Of a DNA stretch of 64,000 nucleotides, positions 35,692 to 46,982 are shown in pieces. The stretch is taken from contig NW_005434616.1 in assembly GCF_000315625.1 (NCBI RefSeq), positions 376,805-440,804 on the forward strand, read 5' to 3'. Each line of letters opens with the position of its first letter. Position 1 is the stretch's first letter. The notes beneath the pieces were generated by a model that saw only the letters and a program-made list of their open reading frames with translations, did no database searches and was not told the origin of the DNA. The DNA comes from Guillardia theta CCMP2712 (Eukaryota > Protista > Cryptophyta). The position numbers were made by a program, and so were the translations under genes.

Positions 35692-36607
35692 ATGCCAGAG
35701 TTTATCCGAGCGACCAGCGCCACCAACGACGACGCCGACGACTACGAGGACGCAGCCGATTTCCTTCGGTTTCCTTTCTTCTGTTGCGGAAGAGACAAGG
35801 ACAACAAGCATCTGAAGATTCGAAGCAGCAAGCTCTCGTACCTGCCGCAACAGACCCTGTACAGCCATCAGTCTGCGGAGCCGCGCTACACCGCGCAGGA
35901 GACTGCGGGAGAGTCTCAGTACGCAGGTATCCTCGAGCAGCCAAGAAGTGAACAAAAACGTATGCGCCTAGATTACGCACAAGCCCTGCAGACCTGCAAG
36001 GAGAAGCGACCGTGAGTACAGCATGCTACCGCATCTCTGATTGCTGCTGCTGACCATCGGGTCTTGAAGGCTATTCGCCGAGATGGGATCGTATAATCGC
36101 GAGATCCGCAGGCTGACAGAGGAGATTAAGCAGGTGAGACAAGCTCCATGTGTAGCAGCTTGACGGATCATGACGTGCATGGCTCCGACAGATCGAGGCG
36201 ATGCAGCTGATGTGCGGCAAGTCTCGGTGAGTGAGTGCAGTCAGAGAGAGGAGTAGAGGAGGGTGGGGTGGGGGGTGGGGGTGGGGGGTTTAGGAAGCTG
36301 ACCGGACGTCGTCATGGCAGGACCAACGTGGAGCGAGAGATCCGGAAGCAGAACTTGCAGCAGCAGGTCGGGGAGAGCATTACTTTGCTGTGGTGGGGAG
36401 GTTGAGCTAAGCGTGTGTGGTGCAGCTCATACGGATGAAGAGCAAACGAGGCGAAGTACAGAGGGAGCTTGTGACATGGAACTCGCGGAGAATCTCAGAT
36501 ACATCGTTGCCATCCCCTGTCCGGAGCTCGCCGATAGAATAGACCTGAAAGCCCTACAAGTACCTCCTTCATCCAGATACTGCTCAACACTCGAGTGGGA
36601 GCCCTGA
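35692..36607 (+). CDS. Small intron-containing hypothetical gene A, copy 1 (3' end fused to segment B)
   Basis: MPEFIRATSATNDDADDYED..., GT-AG introns; near-identical paralog at 40579. Confidence 0.55.
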
Positions 36608-37003
36608 TGGCTTTGATGTAGGATTAGAGCATACCTGAAGTGTCAATGAACTCTACATACATGAGCTGTTCGTATGCTTGATCTGCTATCTCCCCCTCCC
36701 TTGCTCACCAACTCCGAGGGCAGTATAGCCCTGTTGCCGTGCTGGATGTGAGGTCAGAGCTTGCCGAGGCTATGCTTGACCTCTGCGCCCTAGGACCGAT
36801 GACCTCCGTAGGCGATGATGGACATCGACAAGATGCTCAGCGGCAAGAGCAGCAGCCTTGCTGACATGGGCGAGATCAACAAGGAGTGTTACATGACCGT
36901 GCGAGACATCAAGCAGAAGCTGGTACTGTTAACAGTGTCTGCTTCGTCGCTTGGCCTTGCATGATCAGGCCATCATGGGGTGTATCGATCGCATGGCTCA
37001 TCC
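36540..37003 (+). repeat. Segment B copy 1, containing an NSUN gene fragment at 36729-36864
   Basis: Matches about 39410-39895 directly and about 37486-37970 in reverse; the fragment aligns to 42299-42421. Confidence 0.9.
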
Positions 37004-37362
37004 GTGGGGCTCGAGCAGTACTTGAGCACGCCATCGATAACCCGGTCGAGGGTAAACAACTACGTTAGAAGATGCGTACTTCGACGGGAGCTAGTCAAGA
37101 CAGTACAACCCATGGGAGCCAAGGAAGCCTTATACTGACTACCTGTCGCTGGGTGGTATTGCGTGCACTTTGAGCAATATTCACTTAGGTAGTGTTCTGA
37201 GAGGTTTTGAATGCCTTTTGCGGTGTACTTGTTCCTATTTTGTGGCCCCTACCCTATCAAAGCATAGTTTCGGACCTACCCCACCGTCAAGTTGTCCATG
37301 CCAGCTGCCCTCCGAAGTTGCATCACTATCACTGCTTGAGGTCCCTGATGCAGCCACGAGTC

Positions 37363-38553
37363 GTATCCTTGGATACACTCTCCGATCATTTGACTTACCT
37401 TGTAAGTGCACGCATGAGAACTTCACGGTGCGTCCGACACTGTTCTATGTCGGACTGATCTTCTACTTGACCTTGAGTAAAGTCTACGGATAAGCCATGC
37501 GATCGATACACCCCATGATGGCCTGATCATGCAAGGCCAAGCGACGAAGCAGACACTGTTGGACCAGCTTCTGCTTGATGTCTCGCACGGTCATGCCACG
37601 CTCATTGTTGATCTCGCCCATGTCAGCAAGGCTGCTGCTCTTGCCGCTGAGCATCTTGTCAATGTCCATCATCGCCTACGGAGGTCATCGGTCCCAGGGC
37701 GCAGAGGTCAAGCATAGCCTCGGCATGCTCTGACCTCACATCCAGCACGGCAACAGGGCTATCACTTGCCGCGTTCAAAGTACAGTACTGCCCTCGGAGT
37801 TGGTGAGCAAGGGAGGGGGAGATAGCAGATCAAGCATACGAACAGCTCATGAATGTAGAGTTCATTGACACTTCAGGTATGCTCTAATCCTACATCAAAG
37901 CCATCAGGGCTCCCACTCGAGTGTTGGGCAGAATCTGGATGAAGGAAGAACTGGGGATGCTTGAAGGTCTATAACGAATCGCCCCTCGGACGTCCCTGCC
38001 AATCCCATGCAACAACGCATGGCGTTGCAAAGGCAGCTGATCACCATACCCGGCATGCTCATCCACCTCAGATAGGAACGCCGAAGATGCCGAGGGTGCA
38101 GACCAAGATCACCGCCACGGATATGAAAAGAAGCGGGTAGCTGATCAGCAGCACAAAGCGCCTCAGGTCGATGGTTGGCGCCTCCTCTCTGATGATGCGC
38201 GGGAGCTCTTCGATCTCTACGGGCATTCAACCCTGGGCACAGCAGATACGGCGGAGTGGAAGCGAGGGAGGATGGAGCCTGACAGAGGGAGGACTGCGCG
38301 GGAGTCTCTCGAAGGAGGGAAACTTGCTTCCGGGGTACATTTCTTGCACCACCCCACCCTGCCAGAGGACTGTCAACTTTAGACTCAGACAAGGGGGTAC
38401 AAAGTGGTCAAGGGGGAGGTAGGGTGCGGGAGGCTGTGAATAGACCCGGAATTCAGTCAACTCGGGGCTAGAGTTAGTGAACTCTTGGTTAAAATAAGTC
38501 AGGTCTTGATGCAGATAAGTCAGATCTGGGTTAAAATAAGTCAGAACTCAGTC
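37363..38553 (-). repeat. Left arm of a ~1.2-kb inverted repeat
   Basis: Reverse complement of 38820-40016 with few substitutions or indels. Confidence 0.95.
38068..38226 (-). CDS. 52-aa single-TM small protein, copy 1
   Basis: ATG...TGA ORF MPVEIEELPRIIREEAPTIDLRRFVLLISYPLLFISVAVILVCTLGIFGVPI; below the ORF-track cutoff; identical to the + copy. Confidence 0.5.
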   Translation of the reverse strand: MPVEIEELPRIIREEAPTIDLRRFVLLISYPLLFISVAVILVCTLGIFGVPI

Positions 38554-38631
38554 AACTGAGCAAAGGACTCCCGCAGTATCCGACCCTGTAAAGAGAGCTC
38601 GCCTCAGACCCATCGCCGGCCAGAAGTCGAC
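38347..38631 (-). repeat. Element P, copy 2
   Basis: ATAAGTCAG cores at 38494, 38515 and 38536; reverse complement of about 40043-40320. Confidence 0.9.
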
Positions 38632-38819
38632 AGGTGGTATCACTCGTATTTGTCACAGTATCACTTGTACTCGAGAAGTTAATTTGAATCATCGAATGTA
38701 GCAGTGTATCCATACATCATAGCAGACCAGCAACCAGGTTTGATTTTAGTTATCTTGTTTACTTCTGGGAAGCTCAGCGGTGGGTCTCATGAGACGGCAA
38801 ACTTGTCCCTGCTTTCAGG

Positions 38820-40016
38820 GACTGAGTTCTGACTTATTTTAACCCAGATCTGACTTATCTGCATCAAGACCTGACTTATTTTAACCAAGAGTTCACTAAA
38901 TCTAGCCCCGAGTTGACTGAATTCCGGGTCAATTCACGGCCTCCCTCACCCTACCTCCCCCTTGACCACTTCAAGGGTTTGTACCCCCTTGTCTGAGTCT
39001 AAAGTTGACAGTCCTCTGGCAGGGTGGGATTGTGCAAGAAATGTACCCCGGAAGCAAGTTTCCCTCCTTCGAGAGACTCCCGCGCAGTCCTCCCTCTGTC
39101 AGGCTCCATCCTCCCTCGCTTCCATTCCGGCGTATCTGCTGTGCCCAGGGTTGAATGCCCGTAGAGATCGAAGAGCTCCCGCGCATCATCAGAGAGGAGG
39201 CGCCAACCATCGACCTGAGGCGCTTTGTGCTGCTGATCAGCTACCCGCTTCTTTTCATATCCGTGGCGGTGATCTTGGTCTGCACCCTCGGCATCTTCGG
39301 CGTTCCTATCTGAGGTGGATGAGCATGCCGGGTATGGTGATCAGCTGCCTTTGCAACGCCATGCGTTGTTGCATGGGATTGGCAGGGACGTCCGAGGGGC
39401 GATTCGTTATAGACCTTCAAGCATCCCCAGTCCTTCCTTCATCCAGATTCTGCCCAACACTCGAGTGGGAGCCCTGATGGCTTTGATGTAGGATTAGAGC
39501 ATACCTGAAGTGTCAATAAACTCTACATTCATGAGCTGTTCGTATGCTTGATCTGCTATCTCCCCCTCCCTTGCTCACCAACTCCGAGGGCAGTACTGTA
39601 CTTTGAACGCGGCAAGTGATAGCCCTGTTGCCGTGCTGGATGTGAGGTCAGAGCATGCCGAGGCTATGCTTGACCTCTGCGCCCTGGGACCGATGACCTC
39701 CGTAGGCGATGATGGACATCGACAAGATGCTCAGCGGCAATAGCAGCAGCCTTGCTGACATGGGCGAGATCAACAATGAGCGTGGCATGACCGTGCGAGA
39801 CATCAAGCAGAAGCTGGTCCAACAGTGTCTGCTTCGTCGCTTGGCCTTGCATGATCAGGCCATCATGGGGTGTATCGATCGCATGGCTTATCCGTAGACT
39901 TTACTCAAGGTCAAGTAGAAGATCAGTCCGACATAGAACAGTGTCGGACGCACCGTGAAGTTCTCATGCGTGCACTTACAAGGTAAGTCATGATCGGAGA
40001 GTATATCCAAGGATAC
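38820..40016 (+). repeat. Right arm of the inverted repeat (P copy 3 + sORF + segment B copy 3)
   Basis: CTGACTTAT cores at 38829, 38850 and 38871; NSUN fragment at 39623-39758. Confidence 0.95.
39155..39313 (+). CDS. 52-aa single-TM small protein, copy 2
   Basis: ATG at 39155 and TGA at 39311-39313; preceded by a pyrimidine-rich tract and an acceptor-like CCCAG. Confidence 0.5.
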   Translation: MPVEIEELPRIIREEAPTIDLRRFVLLISYPLLFISVAVILVCTLGIFGVPI

Positions 40017-40040
40017 ACCTGCAAGTCCGGATTTAGTCAT

Positions 40041-40320
40041 CTTGTTGACTTCTGGCCGGCGATGGGTCTGAGGCGAGCTCTCTTTACAGGGCACGGTCGG
40101 ATACTGCTCAGTTGACTGAGTTCTGACTTATTTTAACCCAGATCTGACTTATCTGCATCAAGACCTGACTTATTTTAACCAAGAGTTCACTAACTCTAGC
40201 CCCGAGTTGACTGAATTCCGGGTCTATTCACGGCCTCCCGCACCCTACCTCCCCCTTGAGCACTTTGTACCCCCTTGTCTGAGTCTAAAGTTGACAGTCC
40301 TCTGGCAGGGTAGGGTGGTC
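40041..40320 (+). repeat. Element P, copy 4
   Basis: Cores at 40123, 40144 and 40165; CTCAGTTGACTGAG near-palindrome at 40107-40120. Confidence 0.9.
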
Positions 40321-40578
40321 CAACCGGTGCTTTAATTTCCCGTCGCTGTCTCCTCTCTGCCTGCTGCAGGCGGTGACACTCCAAGGTCTCCTCCTCCTCC
40401 TTCCCCTTTCCCTTCTCCTCCTGCTCCTGCTCTTCCTCTGTAAGCTCAGTCCTCCCTCTCTCAGGCTCCATCCTCCCTCCCTCCCTCTCCCGCTTCCTAC
40501 TTTTGTCAGGGTCCGGACCAGTCTGTTGATTTAAGTCTATCGTAGCATCTGCGAGTCAGCCTCGAGCCCTCTAGCAGC

Positions 40579-41471
40579 ATGCCAGAGTTTATCCGAGCGA
40601 CCAGCGCCACCAACGACGACGCCGACGACTACGAGGACGCAGCCGATTTCCTTCGGTCCCTTCTCTGTTGCGCAAGAGACAAGGACAACAAGCATCTGAA
40701 GATTCGAAGCAGCAAGCTCTCGTACCTGCCGCAACAGACCCTGTACAGCCATCAGTCTGCGGAACCTCGCTACACCGCGCAGGAGACTGCGGGAGACTCA
40801 GAGTCTCAGTACGCAGGTATCCTCGAGCAGCCAAGAAGTGAACAAGATATGGTCAAACGTACCCCAGCAGTGTACGAGCAAGCCCTGCAGACCTGCAAGG
40901 AGAAGCGACCGTGAGTACAGCATGCTACCGCATCTCTGATTGCTGCTGCTGACCATCGGGTCTTGAAGGCTATTCGCCGAGATGGGATCGTATAATCGCG
41001 AGATCCGCAGGCTTTCGGAGGGGATCAAGCATGTAAGACAAGCTCCATGTGTAGCAGCTTGACGGATCATGACGTGCATGGCTCCGACAGATCGAGGCGA
41101 TGCAGCTGATGTGCGGCAAGTCTCGGTGAGTGAGTGCAGTCAGAGAGGAGTAGAGGAGGGTGGGGTGGGGGGTGGGGGTGGGGGGGTGAGGAAGCTGACC
41201 GGACGTCGTCATGGCAGGACCAACGTGGAGCGAGAGATCAGGAAGCAGAACTTGCAGCAGCAGGTCGGGGAGAGCATTACTTTGCTGTGGTGGGGAGGTT
41301 GAGCTAAGCGTGTGTGGTGCAGCTCATACGGATGAAGAGCAAACGAGGCGAAGTACACAGGGAGCTTGTGACCTGGAACTCGCGGAGGATCTCAAGTTCT
41401 TTGCCGTCTCAACTCTCAGATGTGAAAACTGTTCGCCGTCATTCACAATAAGAGGCTCTCGTGTACCATGA
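40579..41471 (+). CDS. Small intron-containing hypothetical gene A, copy 2
   Basis: Direct repeat of about 35530-36498 with substitutions and in-frame indels; different C-terminus after ELAE. Confidence 0.55.
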
Positions 41472-41738
41472 CAAGAATGATCCAACCTAATCATTCACTG
41501 TTTCGTTTATCCTCGTCCTCCTTTGTTTGCTCCGGTCTCCCTTTCTTTTACTGTGACGAGGCCTAATATTGGAGAATAAACTCAATTTTACCTCCAGGAT
41601 GATTGGCAATGTACTGCTACACTGAGTTCTACTTGTATCATGATCCGCAACGGCGGCAGCCGCCCTAGTGGCCCTCAGCTGGCCGTGCCTGTTGGTCAAT
41701 GAGACGAACCCGCCTCAGAGTTCATTGTAAAAGGCGAT

Positions 41739-43864
41739 ATGCTGGGGGGGGGAATGCGTCCGGTCGAAGGGGAGGAGGGCGGGGGAGGAAAGAGGAAGAG
41801 ACGGAAGGAGGGGAAGAGGAGGAGGGAGAAGAGCATGGTGAAGGTGAAGAAGAGAAGAGCAAAGGAGGAAGAAGCCCAGGCAGAGGCAGAGAGGAGCGAG
41901 TCGAGACGAGAGGAAGAACTTGGCAAGGAGGAGCTTCTGAAGCACTGGAGAGCGCAGGGGATGGACGAGGATGGGGTTGCAGCTCTCATGAAGCCTCTTC
42001 CTGTATCGTTCCGAGTGAGAGGAAATGTCTTCATGAAGGCAAGAGCTCGGGCTTGCTTCGCGCACGCCCCCCGAGCTCTAGAGGCTGGCTCCAAGGAGCT
42101 GCCGTGGTGTGGCGGATGGCAGCTGCCCATGGACGACAGAGCGCTGAGGCTGTCAGCGAAAGGTGGAGGAGGGGAGGGACGGATGGGAGAGCTCATGGAG
42201 AGTCGTGCTGCTAACGACGACGTGGGAGCTCTCCGAGAATGGTTGCTTGCTGCATGCAAGTCTGGGGTCGTGACCAGGCAAGAGATAGCCTCCATGATCC
42301 CTGTTGCCGTGCTGGATGTGAGGAGAGAGCATGCTATCCTTGACCTGTGTGCCTCACCGGGCTCGAAGACCTCGCAGGCGATTGACATGATGTTCAGCGG
42401 CAAGAGCAGCAGCCTTGCAGATGCTGGGTTTGTTGTAGCCAACGAACTTTGCGAGAAGAGGGCATACATCCTTGCGAAGAGATGCTCGGAGCTATCCTCT
42501 GCGTCCTCGTGCGTACTGGTCACCTCGCACAGAGCTCAGATCTTCCCCTCCTCCGTCAACGACGGCACTGGCGAGTTCGATCGTATCATCTGCGACGTCC
42601 CTTGCAGCGGCGATGGGACTTTTCGCAAGTACCGAGACAAGTGGAGACATTGGCATCACTTTCAAGGGAGACAGCTTCATTCTCTGCAGCTTCAGATTGC
42701 CTTGCGATCCATCGCCCTGCTCAAGGTTGGCGGCCTCGTGAGTTACTCCACCTGTAGCCTGAACCCCATGGAGGACGAGAGCGTCGTGGCGGCACTGCTG
42801 GAGAGGTGTGGAGGAGCGGTAGAGCTGGTGCCCTGCAGGCACCATCTCGGTGACTTTGTGACGGCGAGGGGGATGAGGTCATGGAAGGTTCTGGACGACG
42901 ACTGTTGCGAGATCCCCTCCTACGAGGCAGCGCGAGAGAGGCTGGGGGCAGGAGGCAAGCGGTACAGGAGGACGATGTGGCCGCAAGGAGAGAGGGCGGA
43001 TCTCGAGCACTGCCTCCGCCTCTATCCTCATCTGAATGACACTGGAGGCTTCTTCGTTGCTCTCCTGCGCAAGATCAAGCCGTGGCCCGCTCCCTCCTCC
43101 TCTCTCCCGACCTTGAAGGCGCAGTCGCGAAGGTCAGCCCAGCCAGAGCTCCGAGACCTCCCTCCTGCCTTCCTTCTCTCTTTCCTCTCGGCGCACAATG
43201 TTGCAGAGGTCAAGGATGTGCGACTTGCGTGCTGGAGCGATCAGCCACGGAGGATCTTTGCGCTGTGCGAGAGCCTTGCGAGATACTGCCGTGTGGGAGA
43301 GGAGAGGGAGGACAAGAAGTCCCAAGGGAAGGCGAGCTGCTGCAAGATCAGCGCAGGAGTCTGCCTTGCCTACTTGGGCCGTAAGGGAGGAGGAGAAAGT
43401 GGGGAGGGAGGAGGAGCATGGAAGTCGCAAGGCGAGGTAGACAAGTCATGGATTTTGACATTGACAGGAGCAGAGCTGCTCTACCCCAGCACCGACCCCG
43501 ACTGCGGGTGACCTCACCTGCTGTTCTCTCTTTCCCCAGCTGACGGTGAACTGGCAGGATCTGGCAGATGTCTGCCAAGACGGCCAAGACAACTCTAGGG
43601 CCTCTTCTCAGCTGGGGGGCAGGTGGGTCTGCGTCCGAGGCTCTCGTGGAGATCCCAGCAGGAAAAGGATCAGCAGCAGGAAATTTCCTGGTCGAGATCG
43701 TGCGAGCCCAGCAGAAGTCGAGCAAGGGGAGAGGAGGGAGCGATCGAGAGGACCGTGTTGCTCTGTTCCCTGTGAAGGCGAACAAAGAGGGACGGGTGCG
43801 GGCTATGATCAGCAGCGAGGAGGCTGCGAGCATATGGAGGGACATAGAGGATGCTTCTGAGTAA
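41739..43864 (+). CDS. NSUN2/Trm4-like RNA cytosine-C5 methyltransferase
   Basis: RQEIASMIP, LDLCASPGSKT (motif I), FDRIICDVPCSGDG (motif IV Cys), YSTCSLNPMEDE (motif VI Cys), RLYPHLNDTGGFF; probable short intron near 43508-43539. Confidence 0.93.
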
Positions 43865-43967
43865 GAGAGGAAGGAGGAGGGCGAGGTAAAGTTGAACATG
43901 CAGGAAGTCTTCATGCAGCTGCTGAAACCTCTCCCTCCGCTCCTCTTCCTCCTCCTCTCATGTTCGT

Positions 43968-44870
43968 TCATGGCATGGAGGGCAGTCCTTGGATGGGTTT
44001 TCCGAGTCCCAGGCAGATGTACTTCATCTCTAAGTACCTGCATGAGTGTGAGGGGAGGAGGAGAAAAAGCTCGGGGAAGGCTGATGTGTTGAGAGCGGCA
44101 CTGGAGGAGGAGAATGGAGGGAGGAAGAAGGCAGTAGACGAAAAGGAGGGGCGTAAAGGAGGAGCAGGGGAACTAGGAGGAGGAGGAGGAGGAGGAGGAG
44201 GAGGAGGAGGAGGAGGAGGAGGAGGAGGAGGAGGAGGAGGAGGAGGAGGAGGAGGAGGAGGAGGAGGAGAATTCTCACTCTTCGATGCCGAACTTGGATC
44301 CTTCTCTCCCCAGTCCTGACTCCTTGACTCCTCCGAACGGGGCAATGTCGCTGGAGATGATACCCTCGTTCACTCCCACCATGCCGTACTCGAGCGCCTG
44401 AACAAACATCAGGAGGTGAAGTGGCGGTGGAGGAGGAGTTGGAGAAGGAGGAAGCGAAAGGATGAAGAGAAGCTGACGACCATGCCAGTGCGAAGTCAAG
44501 AGGTCGAGGAGAGGAGGAAGGAAGAGTGGAGGAGGAGATGAGGAAGGAGAGAGTCAAAGAGAGAGAGAGGGTGGGGGCAGCGACCTCTGAGACTCGCCAT
44601 GACCTCCCAAGGTCCCTCGTGTAGACGTAGGCTGCAAGTCCTGCCTGCAGACGAAGCTTGAGGGAGGCAGGAGGAGGAACGAGGGCAGCACGACCTTGGT
44701 ATCGTTGGCGATTCTTACCGCCTCCTCCTCTGTTTTGAACCTCATGAGGGGAACAAGCGGCCCGAACGTCTCCTGCTCCGCGCACATCATGCTGGGGTCG
44801 ACCTCCGTGATAACCTGCAAGCTCTTTTGAGACAACATTCCCTCCTCCCCCCCTTCCCTGCTGCTGACTC

Positions 44871-44913
<43 letters not shown>

Positions 44914-46540
44914 CTTCTCCTTCTCCATCCTTTCCCTCCCCCTCGTCCTCGCCCTTGGCCTCGTCCTCGCCCTCGTCTTCCTCCTCCTTCTCCACTCTGC
45001 TGACCGTGGGCTCAAAGAAGTTGTTTTCCTTGCGGTTCCCTCCAAATATGACCTGCAGAGCCCGTCAAGAACGACGCAGCAGCACTTCTCCTCACCTTTC
45101 CGCCCTTAGCCTTGGCATCCTCCACCTGCTTCTCCACCTGCCCCCCAGCTCTCAACCAGAAGCATGCTCAGCAGGAAGGCAACCTTGGAAGCTCCTGCGT
45201 CAGAGATGAGGGGGCCGATAGTCGTACCTTCCTCCAGTCCATGTCCCATCTTCAACCTGCCGCAAAGTCATCACTGGGTTCCCCTCCTTCTTCCTCTTCC
45301 TCACCCTTGACATTTTTCTGCTCCTCCCCGCCCCCCCAACATCCCCTTACCTCCTCATCCTTCTTATCCTCCTCCTCCTCCTTCCCCCCTAACCTCTCGT
45401 TTCTGTCCCTGTCTTACTCCCTCTTCCCTCCTTGTCTCTCCTCCCCTCCTTCATCTTCTCCTCTCACCTCTTCACTCGCTCCACCACCAGCTGCGTCATC
45501 TTTTCATAAACTCCATCTTGCACTAGGATCCTGTTCGCGCACACGCACGTCTGTCCAGCATTTCGAAACTTCGACGCCATCAGCCCCTCCACCTGATCAC
45601 CACCTCCTCTGTCAGCTGACCAGCCCACAAGCCCCCTCCCCTCACCGCAGCATCCAAGTCTGCGTCATCGAACACGATGAAGGGAGCGTTTCCTCCCAGC
45701 TCCAGCGACACTCTCTTCACCGTCCCCGCACACTGAGCCATGAGCTGCTTCCCCACAGCTGTCGATCCCGTGAAGGACAGCTTCTTCACCCGCTCGTCCG
45801 CACAGAGCGCTCCCCCTACCTGTCCCAGCTCACCGTCAGCTCGCAATGAGACGACAGGGCACCGCCAACACCTCAGCTGCGTTCCCTCGAGAGCAGGTCA
45901 CCACGTTGTAGACCCCAGCTGGGACTCCAGCTCGACGAGAAAGCTCCGCGAGCGCGATGGCCGTGAATGGCGTCGCTTCCGCCGGTTTCACCACGACCGA
46001 GCAGCCTGCGGCGATGGCGGGAGCTGCTTTGCGCGTGATCATGGCGGCAGGGAAGTTCCAGGGTGTGACGAGAGCAGAGACGCCGACGGCCTGCTTGATG
46101 GTGAAGACTCGCTTGGAGGAGGAGGGAGGGGTATGGACGCAACCCTCCACCCTCCTGCTCTCCTCAGCGAAGAACTCAAGGAACGAAGCTGCGTAGGCGA
46201 CCTCCGCCCGAGCCTCGGGGAGAGGCTTCCCGCACTCGCTCGTCATGATAGTGGCGAGATCCTCCCGGTTTGACATGACGAGGTCATACCAGCGCCTCAG
46301 CACAGCTCCTCTCTCCTTCGCCGGCTGCTCCCGCCATGACCGAAACGCTTGCTCTGCCGCCACCACCGCCGCCTCCACATCCTCCTTCCCCATGTCGGGG
46401 GCAGAGCCCAGCACAGACCCTGAAGCCGGATCGAGGACCTCGAAGGTACGAGCTGACTTTGCGGGGACAAAGGCTCCTCCCACGTACGCCCCCAGCTGAA
46501 GGAGGCTGGCGTCCTGAAGCCTTCCCAGCAGTCGCTGCAT
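43968..46540 (-). CDS. SSADH: Succinate-semialdehyde dehydrogenase (ALDH5/GabD), multi-exon
   Basis: [68 protein letters not shown]|YLEMKY. Confidence 0.95.
44175..44269 (+). repeat. (GGA)n microsatellite in the last SSADH intron
   Basis: About 31 perfect units. Confidence 0.95.
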
Positions 46541-46982
46541 GGCCGCGGTTTTAATAAATCAATGTTACGAATCCCGTACACACTGTTTGATAGGTACAGA
46601 ATTCTGTATTGACTTAAAATAATTTATTGAGATCTTTGTTTGCATTCATTGATGCTCGTACAGAATCAATACAGATAAAATATTAAAATTATTCAAAAGT
46701 ATTTTTTAAATAAGCATGGTAGTGATATAAAATGGTTTTTAATTTTCAACATACCCTCGCTCAAGTTAATAGAAAATCAACGGACGGCAGACTTGGGAAA
46801 CCGAGCAGAGCAAGCGTGGAGTGTCAAGGCGGGGAGAGGTGGAAAGGTCAGACGGGAGGAGCAGGAAAGAGAGCAGGAGAGGAGCAGTAGGAGCACAGGT
46901 GTTGTGGTTGTCACATGCTCAGATGCGATAATTGATGGCAACGAGAAATTCGACTTAGCAGAACTGCCGGAATTTTATCAGC

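Noticed and set aside
37432-37455. GTCCGACA/TGTCGGAC hairpin as a Helitron 3' terminus
   Set aside because: No CTRR end at the expected distance in either orientation, and homology continues past it
38825-38929. Regularly spaced repeats as a CRISPR-like array
   Set aside because: 9-bp core with 12-bp related spacers, only 3-5 units, eukaryotic context and no cas genes
37363-40016. Inverted repeat as a pure assembly artefact
   Set aside because: The arms differ by SNPs and indels, and the same modules occur in other, more diverged combinations; long-read confirmation is still advisable
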